From Longimicrobiales bacterium (GTDB lineage Bacteria; Gemmatimonadota; Gemmatimonadetes; Longimicrobiales; Gaopeijiaceae): a DNA stretch of 64,000 nt. Where the stretch lies: NCBI GenBank assembly GCA_965116905.1, contig OZ220732.1:2752001-2816000 (forward strand), written 5' to 3'. Within the stretch, counting starts at the first letter, position 1. Every line of letters begins with the position of its first letter. Of this stretch, positions 41,967 through 50,178 are shown one piece after another. The position numbers and the translations under genes were made by a program. The notes beneath the pieces were generated by a model. The model had not been told where the DNA came from. It saw nothing but the letters and a program-made list of their open reading frames with translations, and did no database searches.

Positions 41967-41969
41967 GTC

Positions 41970-42053
41970 GGTGCGTCAGTCCCGGGCGCGCGTCAATCGC
42001 TGTGGTGCGTCAGTCGCTGTGGCGCGCCAGTCCGCTGCGGTGCGTCAGTCCCG
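41970..42053. repeat. degenerate ~17-18-bp array (ggtgcgtcagtc core), last unit overlaps moaC stop
   Basis: About five units; ggtgcgtcagtc at 41970, 42004 and 42039. Confidence 0.8.
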
Positions 42054-42611
42054 TTCGCGCTGCCAGGATCCGGAACGTCCGCCGGATTTCCGCAACAGCT
42101 CGATGGACTCGATGGTCATGCCGCGATCGACGGACTTGAGCATGTCGTATGCGGTCAGCAGGGCGACGGAGACGGCGGTCAGCGCTTCCATCTCCACCCC
42201 GGTCCTTCCCGTGATACTCGCGCGCGCGGTGACCTTGAGGCCGGGCAGGGCCGCGTCCGGTTCGATGTCCACGGAAACGCTGGCCTCCGGCAGCACGTGG
42301 CAGAGCGGTATGAGTTCGCCCGCGCGCTTCCCCGCCATGATGCCCGCGAGGCGGGCGACCTGTTCCACGTCCCCCTTCGGGTTTCCGCCTTCCGAGAGGA
42401 GCCGGAACGCACGGGGCGAGCACCTGAGCACGCCCCGCGCGACCGCCTGGCGGGCTGTAGAGGCCTTTTCCGTCACGTCGACCATCGTCGCGTCGCCGTC
42501 CGGGTCGAGGTGGGTCAGCGACTCGCGCGCCGCGGAAGCGCCCCCGTCCCCTTGGGCGGGTGCGGCGTCCCGGGCCACCTGATTCCTGTCTGCGGGGCTC
42601 GCGTTCGACAT
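42045..42611 (-). CDS. moaC: cyclic pyranopterin monophosphate synthase MoaC
   Basis: LTHLD, MVDVTEK, KGDV, LIPLCH, TGVEMEAL, YDMLKSVD, KSGGRSG. Confidence 0.95.
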   Translation of the reverse strand: MSNASPADRNQVARDAAPAQGDGGASAARESLTHLDPDGDATMVDVTEKASTARQAVARGVLRCSPRAFRLLSEGGNPKGDVEQVARLAGIMAGKRAGELIPLCHVLPEASVSVDIEPDAALPGLKVTARASITGRTGVEMEALTAVSVALLTAYDMLKSVDRGMTIESIELLRKSGGRSGSWQRERD

Positions 42612-42613
42612 TA

Positions 42614-43774
42614 CTAAACCATTTTGTTTAGTGTTTCTTCCAGTTCCAGAAGAAGTGTACCGACGAAGAGCTGTGGGTTCACGTTTCCAAGGGCAAGCAT
42701 CCGGGCCCGCTCCACCTGCTCGACGGCCCGCGCGACCCGTGCGGGCGTCAGCTTGAGGCGGCCGGCGGCTTCGCGCAGATACGGCAACTCGTCGGTGTTG
42801 ATCACCCGCTCGTCCTGACCGAGACCGGCTGCTCCCAGATCGCGGAGCCACAGCTGCAGCGCGCCCAGGAGGTCCAGGAGTCCCCTGGCTCCCGCGGGCC
42901 CGAATTCCAGTGCGGCCTTGAAGGCCTCCGCACGCTTTCCACCCGTCACGATCCGGAGCAGCTTCAACGCCCCGCGGCGCTGCTCGGCCTGGAATCCTTC
43001 ACGGTCCAGGTAGCCGAGGGCGGCACCGATCGACCCCTGCGCCAGCACGGCCGCGCGCTGTGCCGCCGTTAGGTCGGCCCCGCATTCCTCCTCCAGGAAG
43101 CCGGCCACCTCGCTTGTCGCGAGCGGGGGGAGGTGGATCGGAAGCGCGCGGGAGCGAACGGTTTCCAGCAGGCTTCCGGGCTTCCCCGACGTGAGGATGA
43201 ACCGGGTGCCGTCCGGGGGCTCCTCCAGGAGCTTGAGGAGCGCGTTGGCGGCCTCGGGGCTGGCCTCCTGCGGGACAAGGTGCTCCGCGTCCCCCACGAT
43301 GAAGAACTGCTCGTCGCTCATTGCGGGCCGCCGATGGGCCTGGCTGCGGAGCGTGACGACCGCGGCCAGGTAGATGCCCTTGACCTCGGCGCTTCCCTCG
43401 GCCCGCAGCGGCTGTCTTCGCAACTCCGCCAGCCGTTCGTGGCGCGCGGTTTCCAGGGCCTCGGCCAGCTTGTCGGGCCCGTGCACGCGCTTCGGGCGGG
43501 GAAGGGGGAAGTACCAGTGGATGTCCGGGTGCTCGAGGCGCAGTGCCAGCCGACAGCTTCCACAGCTGTCGCAGGGGCGCGAGGCGTCCGCGGTGCACAG
43601 CCGGGTGCGAGCCAGCCACAGCGCGAGCGATTGCTTGCCGCAGCCCGGAGTGCCGTGGATCAGCACGGTGGCTGGGAGGGCATCCCGGTCGAGGGCGCGC
43701 CTGAGCGACGCCCGCAGCGCGTCGTGTCCCCGGAACGGGGGCGGAACCGAGGGTTGCTGAATTGGCGGCGGCAT
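42614..43774 (-). CDS. holB: DNA polymerase III delta' subunit
   Basis: GTPGCGK, C..CDSCGSC zinc motif, HPDI, EAANALLKLLEEPP, LETVRSR. Confidence 0.88.
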   Translation of the reverse strand: MPPPIQQPSVPPPFRGHDALRASLRRALDRDALPATVLIHGTPGCGKQSLALWLARTRLCTADASRPCDSCGSCRLALRLEHPDIHWYFPLPRPKRVHGPDKLAEALETARHERLAELRRQPLRAEGSAEVKGIYLAAVVTLRSQAHRRPAMSDEQFFIVGDAEHLVPQEASPEAANALLKLLEEPPDGTRFILTSGKPGSLLETVRSRALPIHLPPLATSEVAGFLEEECGADLTAAQRAAVLAQGSIGAALGYLDREGFQAEQRRGALKLLRIVTGGKRAEAFKAALEFGPAGARGLLDLLGALQLWLRDLGAAGLGQDERVINTDELPYLREAAGRLKLTPARVARAVEQVERARMLALGNVNPQLFVGTLLLELEETLNKMV

Positions 43775-43838
43775 GGCAACCGAAGTATCGATTGCGGCCT
43801 TGCGCCTCACAAGTGGCGGTGCGCCCACGGGCCGTCCG

Positions 43839-44453
43839 TCAGCCTTCGGACCGGGCGCGCAGGAGGACGTGCAGCGGGTCCTGCGGATCCTCGATGCGCT
43901 TCCTGAGCCGGTTCAGGGCATGGCGGATGTGAGAGCGCACGGTCGCGGGCCTGACGCGCATCAGGCGTGCCGCCTCGGCCGGACTCCTTTCGTCGATCAG
44001 TCTGAGCGTCAACGCCTGCCTCTCGCGGTCGGGAAGGTCGTCGATCGCCTCGCGGACGATGCGATGAAGGGCTTCGTCCTCGGCGCGGTCGAGCGGGTCG
44101 GGTCCCGAGCCGGACGCGTCGGAGACGGCCAGCTCGCCGGCGTAGCGGTCAAGATGCCGGGCGGCGGCCGTTCGGGAGCGGTAGTCGCTCACGCACACGC
44201 TTCGAGTCAGTCGGCCAAGCCACCCCCGAAAGGTCCCCGTCGCCCGAAAGGACTCCGCGGCTGCGTGCACCTTCAGCCAGGTGTCCTGGTACAGGTCGTC
44301 GAGGTGGTCGGGGTCGCGCGCGTAGCCTTTGCATATGGCCCATACCAGGGGACCATTCTCCTCCACGATCCGGCGGGCGTAGGTGCCGCCTGCGATGAAC
44401 CTCGCGGGTACGAACGGCAGGCGCTTCGCGTCTCCGCCGGGGGGACGGGTCAT
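43839..44453 (-). CDS. ECF-type RNA polymerase sigma factor
   Basis: Region 2: DDLYQDTWLKV...TFRGWL; region 4: LPDRERQALTLR...AEAARLM...TVRSHIRHALNRLR. Confidence 0.9.
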   Translation of the reverse strand: MTRPPGGDAKRLPFVPARFIAGGTYARRIVEENGPLVWAICKGYARDPDHLDDLYQDTWLKVHAAAESFRATGTFRGWLGRLTRSVCVSDYRSRTAAARHLDRYAGELAVSDASGSGPDPLDRAEDEALHRIVREAIDDLPDRERQALTLRLIDERSPAEAARLMRVRPATVRSHIRHALNRLRKRIEDPQDPLHVLLRARSEG

Positions 44454-44484
44454 GGGGTGCGCGGGTTTCGCGAGGGTGGCCGGG

Positions 44485-44925
44485 TCAGGTCCGCGCGGCC
44501 TGCTGGACCGCCAGCGCCCGGTCCCGTCTGCCAACCAGAATCTGCACCCCCGCGGCCGCCGCACCTCCACCCGCGGCCACCAGCGCCAGCTCCAGGATCG
44601 TCGCCCCCGGCTGGAGGTGTCCGCCCGTGGCAAGGATCGCGGCCGCGATCGTCAGAGTTCCCAGCAATGCGGTCACCCACACGTCGACGGGACGAACGAG
44701 CGCCCGCCGGATCCGCAGCTTTGCAATCCTCTTGATGACCAGGTCATTGAGGTGCTCGAGGTGCTCCCGGCTTCCCCGTTGCGGCTTGAAGGCCCTTTTG
44801 GTCGCCCCGATCAAGAGCAGATCGAAACGGCACACCGGGCAGGTCTGCAGGTGTTCCCACGTGCCCGGGTCGATCTCGGTGCCGGGTTCCTGGCTGGTGA
44901 TGCTGAAGATGTCGGGACAGGACAT
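44485..44925 (-). CDS. putative zinc-binding (ZAS) anti-sigma factor with two TM helices
   Basis: C3...H25xxxC29xxC32 (HLQTCPVC), two hydrophobic segments, adjacent to ECF gene. Confidence 0.7.
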   Translation of the reverse strand: MSCPDIFSITSQEPGTEIDPGTWEHLQTCPVCRFDLLLIGATKRAFKPQRGSREHLEHLNDLVIKRIAKLRIRRALVRPVDVWVTALLGTLTIAAAILATGGHLQPGATILELALVAAGGGAAAAGVQILVGRRDRALAVQQAART

Positions 44926-44928
44926 GTT

Positions 44929-45774
44929 TCAGATTCCTCGCGAAGGGAAGGCCGGTCTGCCGCTGAACCAGGGGAAGACCGGCAGGTAATCCTGGTGGCG
45001 GGTCACGGCTGCGAGCGCCACGGCTTCGAGGAGGGGCACCGCCAGAGGGAGCCACGCGGCCGCGACACCGGACACCACGACCCAGTCACGGCCCGGATGA
45101 CTGGCGAAAACGGCCGCGCCGAAGAACGCCAGACCTCCGGCCAGTCCGATGGCGAGGCGACCGTTTCGGCGGCTCGGGGGGCGCAGCGCGCCCGTCACAT
45201 GGGATGCGCGAACCCCCAGCACGCAGTTGATGACGGAGAATGCCAGGAGAGCCAGCGGCATGTGCAGCAGGAGCCGGACGCGGTTGGGTGCTGCGGCCCG
45301 GGCCGTGTCGCCCGGGTTGTCCTGTCCCGGGGGATTCGCGTCCAGGAAGCGGAGTTCGCGGAGCCTCCCCGCGGGGGTCCTCGGTCCGAAGGGTCTCATC
45401 TCGGCCAGGTCGGGATCTCCGGCCAGGGCGGCGTGGTCCGCGAGCGGATTGATGATCTCGGACGACGCATAGCTCGCCACCCCGATGACAAGCCCCGCCA
45501 ACACCGCCACCCAGGTGCGTCCAGCCGCCGAGCTTCGTCTCCAGATCGCCACGCCACCGGCAAAGGCGGCGAAGGGCAGCAGGAGGCCCAGCAGGTCGGC
45601 CACGTAGGCGAGCCACATCAGGCCCGACCACGGCTGTGGCTGGGCTACGGCGACGGTGTGAAACACCACGATCGCAGCCACGAGTCCCAGAGTCCAGGCG
45701 ACCGCAACCTTCAGCGCATGGGCCAGCAGCGACATGATGCGGCCGAGTCCGAGGCGTTCGTACCGGATGTTCAT
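44929..45774 (-). CDS. polytopic membrane protein (~6 TM), weakly LptF/LptG-like
   Basis: Three TM, short soluble loop, three TM; LLLPFAAFAGG, INPLAD, LHMPLALLAFSVINCVLG; ATG overlaps peptide stop. Confidence 0.7.
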   Translation of the reverse strand: MNIRYERLGLGRIMSLLAHALKVAVAWTLGLVAAIVVFHTVAVAQPQPWSGLMWLAYVADLLGLLLPFAAFAGGVAIWRRSSAAGRTWVAVLAGLVIGVASYASSEIINPLADHAALAGDPDLAEMRPFGPRTPAGRLRELRFLDANPPGQDNPGDTARAAAPNRVRLLLHMPLALLAFSVINCVLGVRASHVTGALRPPSRRNGRLAIGLAGGLAFFGAAVFASHPGRDWVVVSGVAAAWLPLAVPLLEAVALAAVTRHQDYLPVFPWFSGRPAFPSRGI

Positions 45775-45977
45775 GGCTCCGGGCGGCATTCGCGGTCACG
45801 GTCACAGTTCTTGACGAGCCAGCAGCACTCACGGCAACAGTACGCCTTGGCGCCCTCGCCCCAGCAGCAGTCCGACCGCGTGAAACGGGTGAGCAGCGAT
45901 TGTGCCGGCGGCGCAAACAGGGCAACCGCCAGCACAAGGTTGAGAAGAATCAGACCAGCGAGGACCAGCTTGCGCAT
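45771..45977 (-). CDS. secreted cysteine-rich peptide (68 aa; ~41-aa mature region with 8 Cys)
   Basis: AGGAGG RBS; MRKLVLAGLILLNLVLAVALFAPPAQS-LLTRFTRSDCCWGEGAKAYCCRECCWLVKNCDRDRECRPEP; stop coupled to next ATG. Confidence 0.85.
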   Translation of the reverse strand: MRKLVLAGLILLNLVLAVALFAPPAQSLLTRFTRSDCCWGEGAKAYCCRECCWLVKNCDRDRECRPEP

Positions 45978-46014
45978 GGGCCATGCCTCCTGAAGGTGAT
46001 GCGACGCGGTGCGG

Positions 46015-47142
46015 CTACCCTGTCCATTCGGCCAGCCACCGTACCCCGTCGGGGGATCCATGGGAACCGAGCACTCCACGCGGCGTGGCCACGAGGGGCT
46101 CGAAAGAAGGGGGGAATTCGAACGCGTCCACCGCTCCCGAGGTCGTCACGCGCAGCCACCGGCGGCCGTGTCCGAGCGGGTCGGTCCGGTTGTCGAAGAG
46201 CCGGAGCCACGCCGGGCCTCCCGACTGGCAGAGCACGGAGGTCACGAACGGCAGTTCATCCGAGAAGTGCGCCCGCACGTCTCGCGCCATGGCCTCCAGG
46301 TCGATCCCGGCCTCGGCGTAGTTGGGGCCCAGCTCGAGGCGGATCATCTTCTCCAGGTAGAAGACGATGTCCGCCTCCTGAATCGGGGACGGGCTTCCCG
46401 GAATCGGGACCTGGGCGATGGACACTCCGCCGTCGTCCAGCCAGACCAGATCGTGCGAGGCGGGGCGCCACAGCACCAGGTCGCTGCCGCAGGCATCCCA
46501 TAGGGGCACGGGCACGAATTCCCCGGGAGTCTCCCCGGTCGGCCGCATGTGCTCCGAGAAGGCGACGACCTCCCGCCGGGTCTCGAGGGAAAGATCGGCC
46601 CGCACAAGGGAGGCCTCCTGGAAATCGGCCGTGACATCGAGACGGGTGGGCGTGTGGACCACGACCGCGCCCCGTGCATCCAGACGGACGCGGTAGGGAT
46701 CCGCGTAGGAGACGTCGTTGAAATCCCGTCGCCGCGCCCAGGAGGCGCCCTGCAGGCGTTCCGACCGGACCAGCGACATGGTCGCGTCGAAGACCTTGTG
46801 CTGCCTGCTGCCGACGTCCCACACGTGCGCCATCCCGCCATCCGGATCGACCTGCAGCGCGATGGGGAAGACGAGATCCTCCGGACCCTCACCGCGCTCG
46901 CCGCCTCGAAGGACATCGCCCCCGGCACGCTCGATCCGCGTGAGGTACGGAGGGGACGTGTCCAGCACCCATACGGCGTCGGGTGCGGTCGCGATGTCCC
47001 GTATGGCGGTGAATTCCACGCCGGGGAAGGGCGTCGTGAGTGCCTCGGCCGGAATCTCGCGAAACTCGATGGCCGCGTCCGAACTCGCGCAGGCGCTCGC
47101 GACCGCGCAGACGGCGCCAAGCAGCAGGAACCGGGGCCTCAT
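46015..47142 (-). CDS. probable 6-bladed beta-propeller lipoprotein
   Basis: Signal ending ASAC; IRDIA..DAVWVLD, GERGEGPEDLVFP, HVWD blade-like motifs; ATG overlaps upstream stop. Confidence 0.72.
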   Translation of the reverse strand: MRPRFLLLGAVCAVASACASSDAAIEFREIPAEALTTPFPGVEFTAIRDIATAPDAVWVLDTSPPYLTRIERAGGDVLRGGERGEGPEDLVFPIALQVDPDGGMAHVWDVGSRQHKVFDATMSLVRSERLQGASWARRRDFNDVSYADPYRVRLDARGAVVVHTPTRLDVTADFQEASLVRADLSLETRREVVAFSEHMRPTGETPGEFVPVPLWDACGSDLVLWRPASHDLVWLDDGGVSIAQVPIPGSPSPIQEADIVFYLEKMIRLELGPNYAEAGIDLEAMARDVRAHFSDELPFVTSVLCQSGGPAWLRLFDNRTDPLGHGRRWLRVTTSGAVDAFEFPPSFEPLVATPRGVLGSHGSPDGVRWLAEWTG

Positions 47143-47738
47143 GGCCGGTCCTCCGTCGTGACGCGCGGCCGGGCGGCGGGCGGGGTGTCGGCGGCCGGCG
47201 GGGCATCGGCGGCGAGCAGGACGTCGGTGGCGGGCGGTACGGCGGCGGGCGGCAGGGCGGCCACGACGTCGGCCAGTTCATCTCCGTGGCCCAGCGCGAC
47301 GACGCGGCCGTCCCGCAGCGCAAAGACCCACGGCGTGCGGCTGACGAGCGCGTGCTCCCGGCTCCCGAGGCCGAATCGGTCCATTGTCGCCACCGGGACC
47401 CGCCAACCGTGCGCCTCCGCGTGTCCGGCGGCCGCTTCGAGTGGCCCGGGCGCAACGGCGAGGACTCCTGCCGGTCTGCCCGGATCCCGCAGGAATCGTC
47501 CCCACTGCAGGGCAACCTGCCGGGAATGCGCGCACTCGGGATCGAAGGCGAGTACGAGCTGGTACTTGCCGAGCGGGTGGCTCCGGCCGCCGCTGTCGCG
47601 GACCTGGACACCCGAGAGGTCGTCGCCCATCGCGACATGCCCGGCACTCCCCGTTCCCAGGCGGCCGGCAAGCAGCGAGAACTGGAGGGCCGCCAGGGCT
47701 GTCAGCGCGGCGGTGATGGTACTTCCGGATCGGTTCAA
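47139..47738 (-). CDS. membrane-anchored/exported thioredoxin-fold (TlpA/redoxin-like) protein with CxxS
   Basis: N-terminal hydrophobic helix; GDDL.GV.V.D..G, LVLAFDPECAHS, TPWVFAL.DGRV; TTG start after GGAG. Confidence 0.72.
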   Translation of the reverse strand: MNRSGSTITAALTALAALQFSLLAGRLGTGSAGHVAMGDDLSGVQVRDSGGRSHPLGKYQLVLAFDPECAHSRQVALQWGRFLRDPGRPAGVLAVAPGPLEAAAGHAEAHGWRVPVATMDRFGLGSREHALVSRTPWVFALRDGRVVALGHGDELADVVAALPPAAVPPATDVLLAADAPPAADTPPAARPRVTTEDRP

Positions 47739-47753
47739 TGAACTGCTCCCGGG

Positions 47754-47794
47754 CTTCGAAATGGTGGACGTCTGGTCTTCGAAATGGTGGACGT
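47754..47794. repeat. 18-bp perfect direct repeat, 23-bp period, in the cassette leader
   Basis: cttcgaaatggtggacgt at 47754-47771 and 47777-47794. Confidence 0.9.
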
Positions 47795-47815
47795 GGAGTT
47801 GCCCCTCTACACTTA

Positions 47816-47844
47816 TATGACAGTTCTCAGAGCAAAAACGTGCA
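47816..47844 (-). promoter_or_regulatory. candidate ECF-type promoter for the peptide cassette
   Basis: Minus strand TGCACG-N17-GTCATA within an AT-rich patch (TGCACGTTTTTGCTCTGAGAACTGTCATATAAGTGTAGAGGGG). Confidence 0.4.
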
Positions 47845-47885
47845 AAAGGGGCTCGCGTGGGCCTGCTGCTCCGACCCCGGTCAGG

Positions 47886-48812
47886 TCATCCGCGGCGGCC
47901 CCTGGCGAGCCGGATTGCGAGCCGGATAGCCTCCACCATGGATGACGCGTCGGCCACCCCGTTTCCCGCGATGTCGAACGCGGTGCCGTGGTCCGGGGAC
48001 GTGCGCACGAACGGCAGGCCGATCGTGACGTTGACGCCCTGGCCGAAGGCCGCCGTCTTGAAAGCGGCCATGCCCACGTCATGGTACGGGGCGACCACGG
48101 CGTCGAATTCGCCCGAAAACGCTCGGCCGAAGACGGTGTCGGCCGGCACCGGCCCGGTGATGGACCAGGGGCCGTGGGCGAGGGTCGCCAAGGCGGGCTC
48201 GTAGACGTCGCGTTCCTCGGAGCCGAACAGTCCGTCGTCGGAAGCGTGCGGGTTGAGAGCGCAAAGGGCGATGCGCGGTGCCGGCACGCGCCAGTCGGAG
48301 TGAAGCGCCGCCGCAAGCAGGCGAGTCTGCGTGACGAGCAGCTCCGCCGTGACCGCGTTCGGAACCCGCGCCAGCGGAATGTGCGTGGTCGCCAGCAGCA
48401 CGCGCTTCGCGGGCCGCGCGCCTTCGCCTCCCGGCCCCTCGTCGCACATCAGCATGCCCACGCGCGGCGCACCGGAAAGCGCCATCAGCATCTCGGTGTG
48501 CCCCGGGTGATACCCCGCGTCCTCCAGTGCCGGCTTGTGCACGGGCGCGGTCACGACGGCGTCCACCTCGCCGGCGAGCGCCCATTGCACCGCCCGCTCG
48601 ACCGCGAGCCCGGCGGCCTGGCCCGGCGCCAGACCCTCCCGCCCACCGGCCAGCGACTCGTACCGGCACAACTCGCGGAAGTCGGCCGCGCACTCGACCG
48701 GTCCGGTGACGCGCACCGCGACATCGTGCAGATCGGCGGCGGCCAGGGCCTTCGCGGTCACCTCCGGTCCGATGCCCCGGGGGTCCCCCAGAGTGATGGC
48801 CAGGCCGTTCAG
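47886..48812 (-). CDS. pdxA: 4-hydroxythreonine-4-phosphate dehydrogenase PdxA
   Basis: [58 protein letters not shown]; probable CTG start. Confidence 0.93.
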   Translation of the reverse strand: MNGLAITLGDPRGIGPEVTAKALAAADLHDVAVRVTGPVECAADFRELCRYESLAGGREGLAPGQAAGLAVERAVQWALAGEVDAVVTAPVHKPALEDAGYHPGHTEMLMALSGAPRVGMLMCDEGPGGEGARPAKRVLLATTHIPLARVPNAVTAELLVTQTRLLAAALHSDWRVPAPRIALCALNPHASDDGLFGSEERDVYEPALATLAHGPWSITGPVPADTVFGRAFSGEFDAVVAPYHDVGMAAFKTAAFGQGVNVTIGLPFVRTSPDHGTAFDIAGNGVADASSMVEAIRLAIRLARGRRG

Positions 48813-50176
48813 TTGATGAACTCGACGTAGGTCTTTGCGCGCAGGCTCTGCATGAGCGCCTCGATGCGCTTCTGCCGCATAAGCGTGGCCCGGATCTGGG
48901 GCTCGAGGTCCTCGTAGGTGAACTCGCCCGCCTCTCTCTGTTCGACGATCTTCAGGACGGCGAACCGCTCCTGTCCCAGGTAGCCGAACTGGATGGGACC
49001 GACGACCTCGCCTTCCTCCCGGTCGGTCAGGGCGGCCAGGTAGGCGGCCGGGAGGATCTGCGTGATCTGCCTCTGCGGCACGGTGGCGGAATCGGGCAGG
49101 CTGGAGTCGTGGTATTCGTCGATCAGCGCCTGGAAGTCCTCCGTTGCGGCGCGTGCCGCAACCTCCTCGGCCACCTGGCGCGTCCGGGTATTGTCCTGCG
49201 GACCCGTCTCCGCCCGGATCAGGATGTGCCGGGCCTTTCGCTCGGCGACACGCATTCGTTCCAGCAGGATGATGTGGAAGCCGTGGACCGTCTCGACCAC
49301 CTCGCTGATGCCGCCTTCCAGGAGCGTAAAGGCCGCTTCCTCGAATTCGTCCACCATGTCCCCCCGGCGGAACCACCCCAGATCGCCCCCCGCGGTCGCC
49401 GAGCCGGGATCCTGCGAATACTCGGTTGCGAGTTCGGCGAAGTCCTCACCCGCGCGGGCGCGTTCCAGCAGCCCCTCGAGTGTGCTGCGGGCGGCCTGGC
49501 GGGAGGAATCGGATGGAGCGACGCTGAGCATCACCTGCTTGAAGGTCACCGTGGCGGGGCGCTCCTCCAGGGTCGCCCGTCCTTCCTCGAAGAACGCGCG
49601 CATCTCCGCGTCGGTGACTTCGACGGCTCCCTGATCGCCGTGACGGGCCATGTAGAGCTGCACGAGCTGCTCCTGGGCGAGCTGCTCCCGCACCATCTCC
49701 CGGTAGCTCTGGATCGTGAGCCCCTCGATTTCGAGTTGCTGCTCCATCGCGGTTCGGCTGCCGAAGTTGTTCTCTATCAGGGTCATGCGTTCCTGGAGGG
49801 CGTCTTCGACGCGCTCGTCCTCCACCTCGAGCAGCGTATCCTGGGCCGCCGCCTGCAGCACCAGCAGCTGCTGCACGATGTCCTCCAGCCTTTCCTGCCG
49901 GAATTCCTCCCGTTCGCGCGTGCCTTCCTCCGGAACGGGGCGGCCCTGTGCCCGCCACTGGTTCTCACCCTGGATGACCTGCGACAGCAGGATCACCGAG
50001 TCGCCCACGATCGCCACCACCTCGTCGACCAGCTCCTCGCGCTCGACCTGCGCGAAGGTCTCCGGCACGGCCGCGAACAGCACGGTGGCGGCCAGGAGCG
50101 GCGCCATCCGGGTGGGGAAGGGAATCTTCTGTTTCATGACGGTCCTGCGCATCGCGAGTACGCCCAACGGGGTCAC
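48809..50176 (-). CDS. surA: SurA-like peptidylprolyl isomerase/chaperone
   Basis: VDEVVAIVG SurA N-domain; [42 protein letters not shown]; start may be 50152 or 50137. Confidence 0.85.
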   Translation of the reverse strand: MTPLGVLAMRRTVMKQKIPFPTRMAPLLAATVLFAAVPETFAQVEREELVDEVVAIVGDSVILLSQVIQGENQWRAQGRPVPEEGTREREEFRQERLEDIVQQLLVLQAAAQDTLLEVEDERVEDALQERMTLIENNFGSRTAMEQQLEIEGLTIQSYREMVREQLAQEQLVQLYMARHGDQGAVEVTDAEMRAFFEEGRATLEERPATVTFKQVMLSVAPSDSSRQAARSTLEGLLERARAGEDFAELATEYSQDPGSATAGGDLGWFRRGDMVDEFEEAAFTLLEGGISEVVETVHGFHIILLERMRVAERKARHILIRAETGPQDNTRTRQVAEEVAARAATEDFQALIDEYHDSSLPDSATVPQRQITQILPAAYLAALTDREEGEVVGPIQFGYLGQERFAVLKIVEQREAGEFTYEDLEPQIRATLMRQKRIEALMQSLRAKTYVEFIN

Positions 50177-50178
50177 AC

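Noticed and set aside
41970..42053. Intergenic arrays as a REP/MITE family
   Set aside because: Units differ between loci, with no shared palindrome, terminal inverted repeats or transposase.
45771..45977. Peptide as a lanthipeptide/sactipeptide/ranthipeptide precursor
   Set aside because: The leader is a hydrophobic Sec-type signal, and no radical SAM, LanB/C/M, YcaO or peptidase-ABC gene is nearby.
47139..47738. Selenocysteine at the thioredoxin-like active site
   Set aside because: The codons are TGC and TCC; there is no in-frame TGA.
43775..47885. Peptide cassette as a mobile element
   Set aside because: No flanking direct or inverted repeats, recombinase or obvious compositional shift detected by eye; accessory status is inferred only from context.
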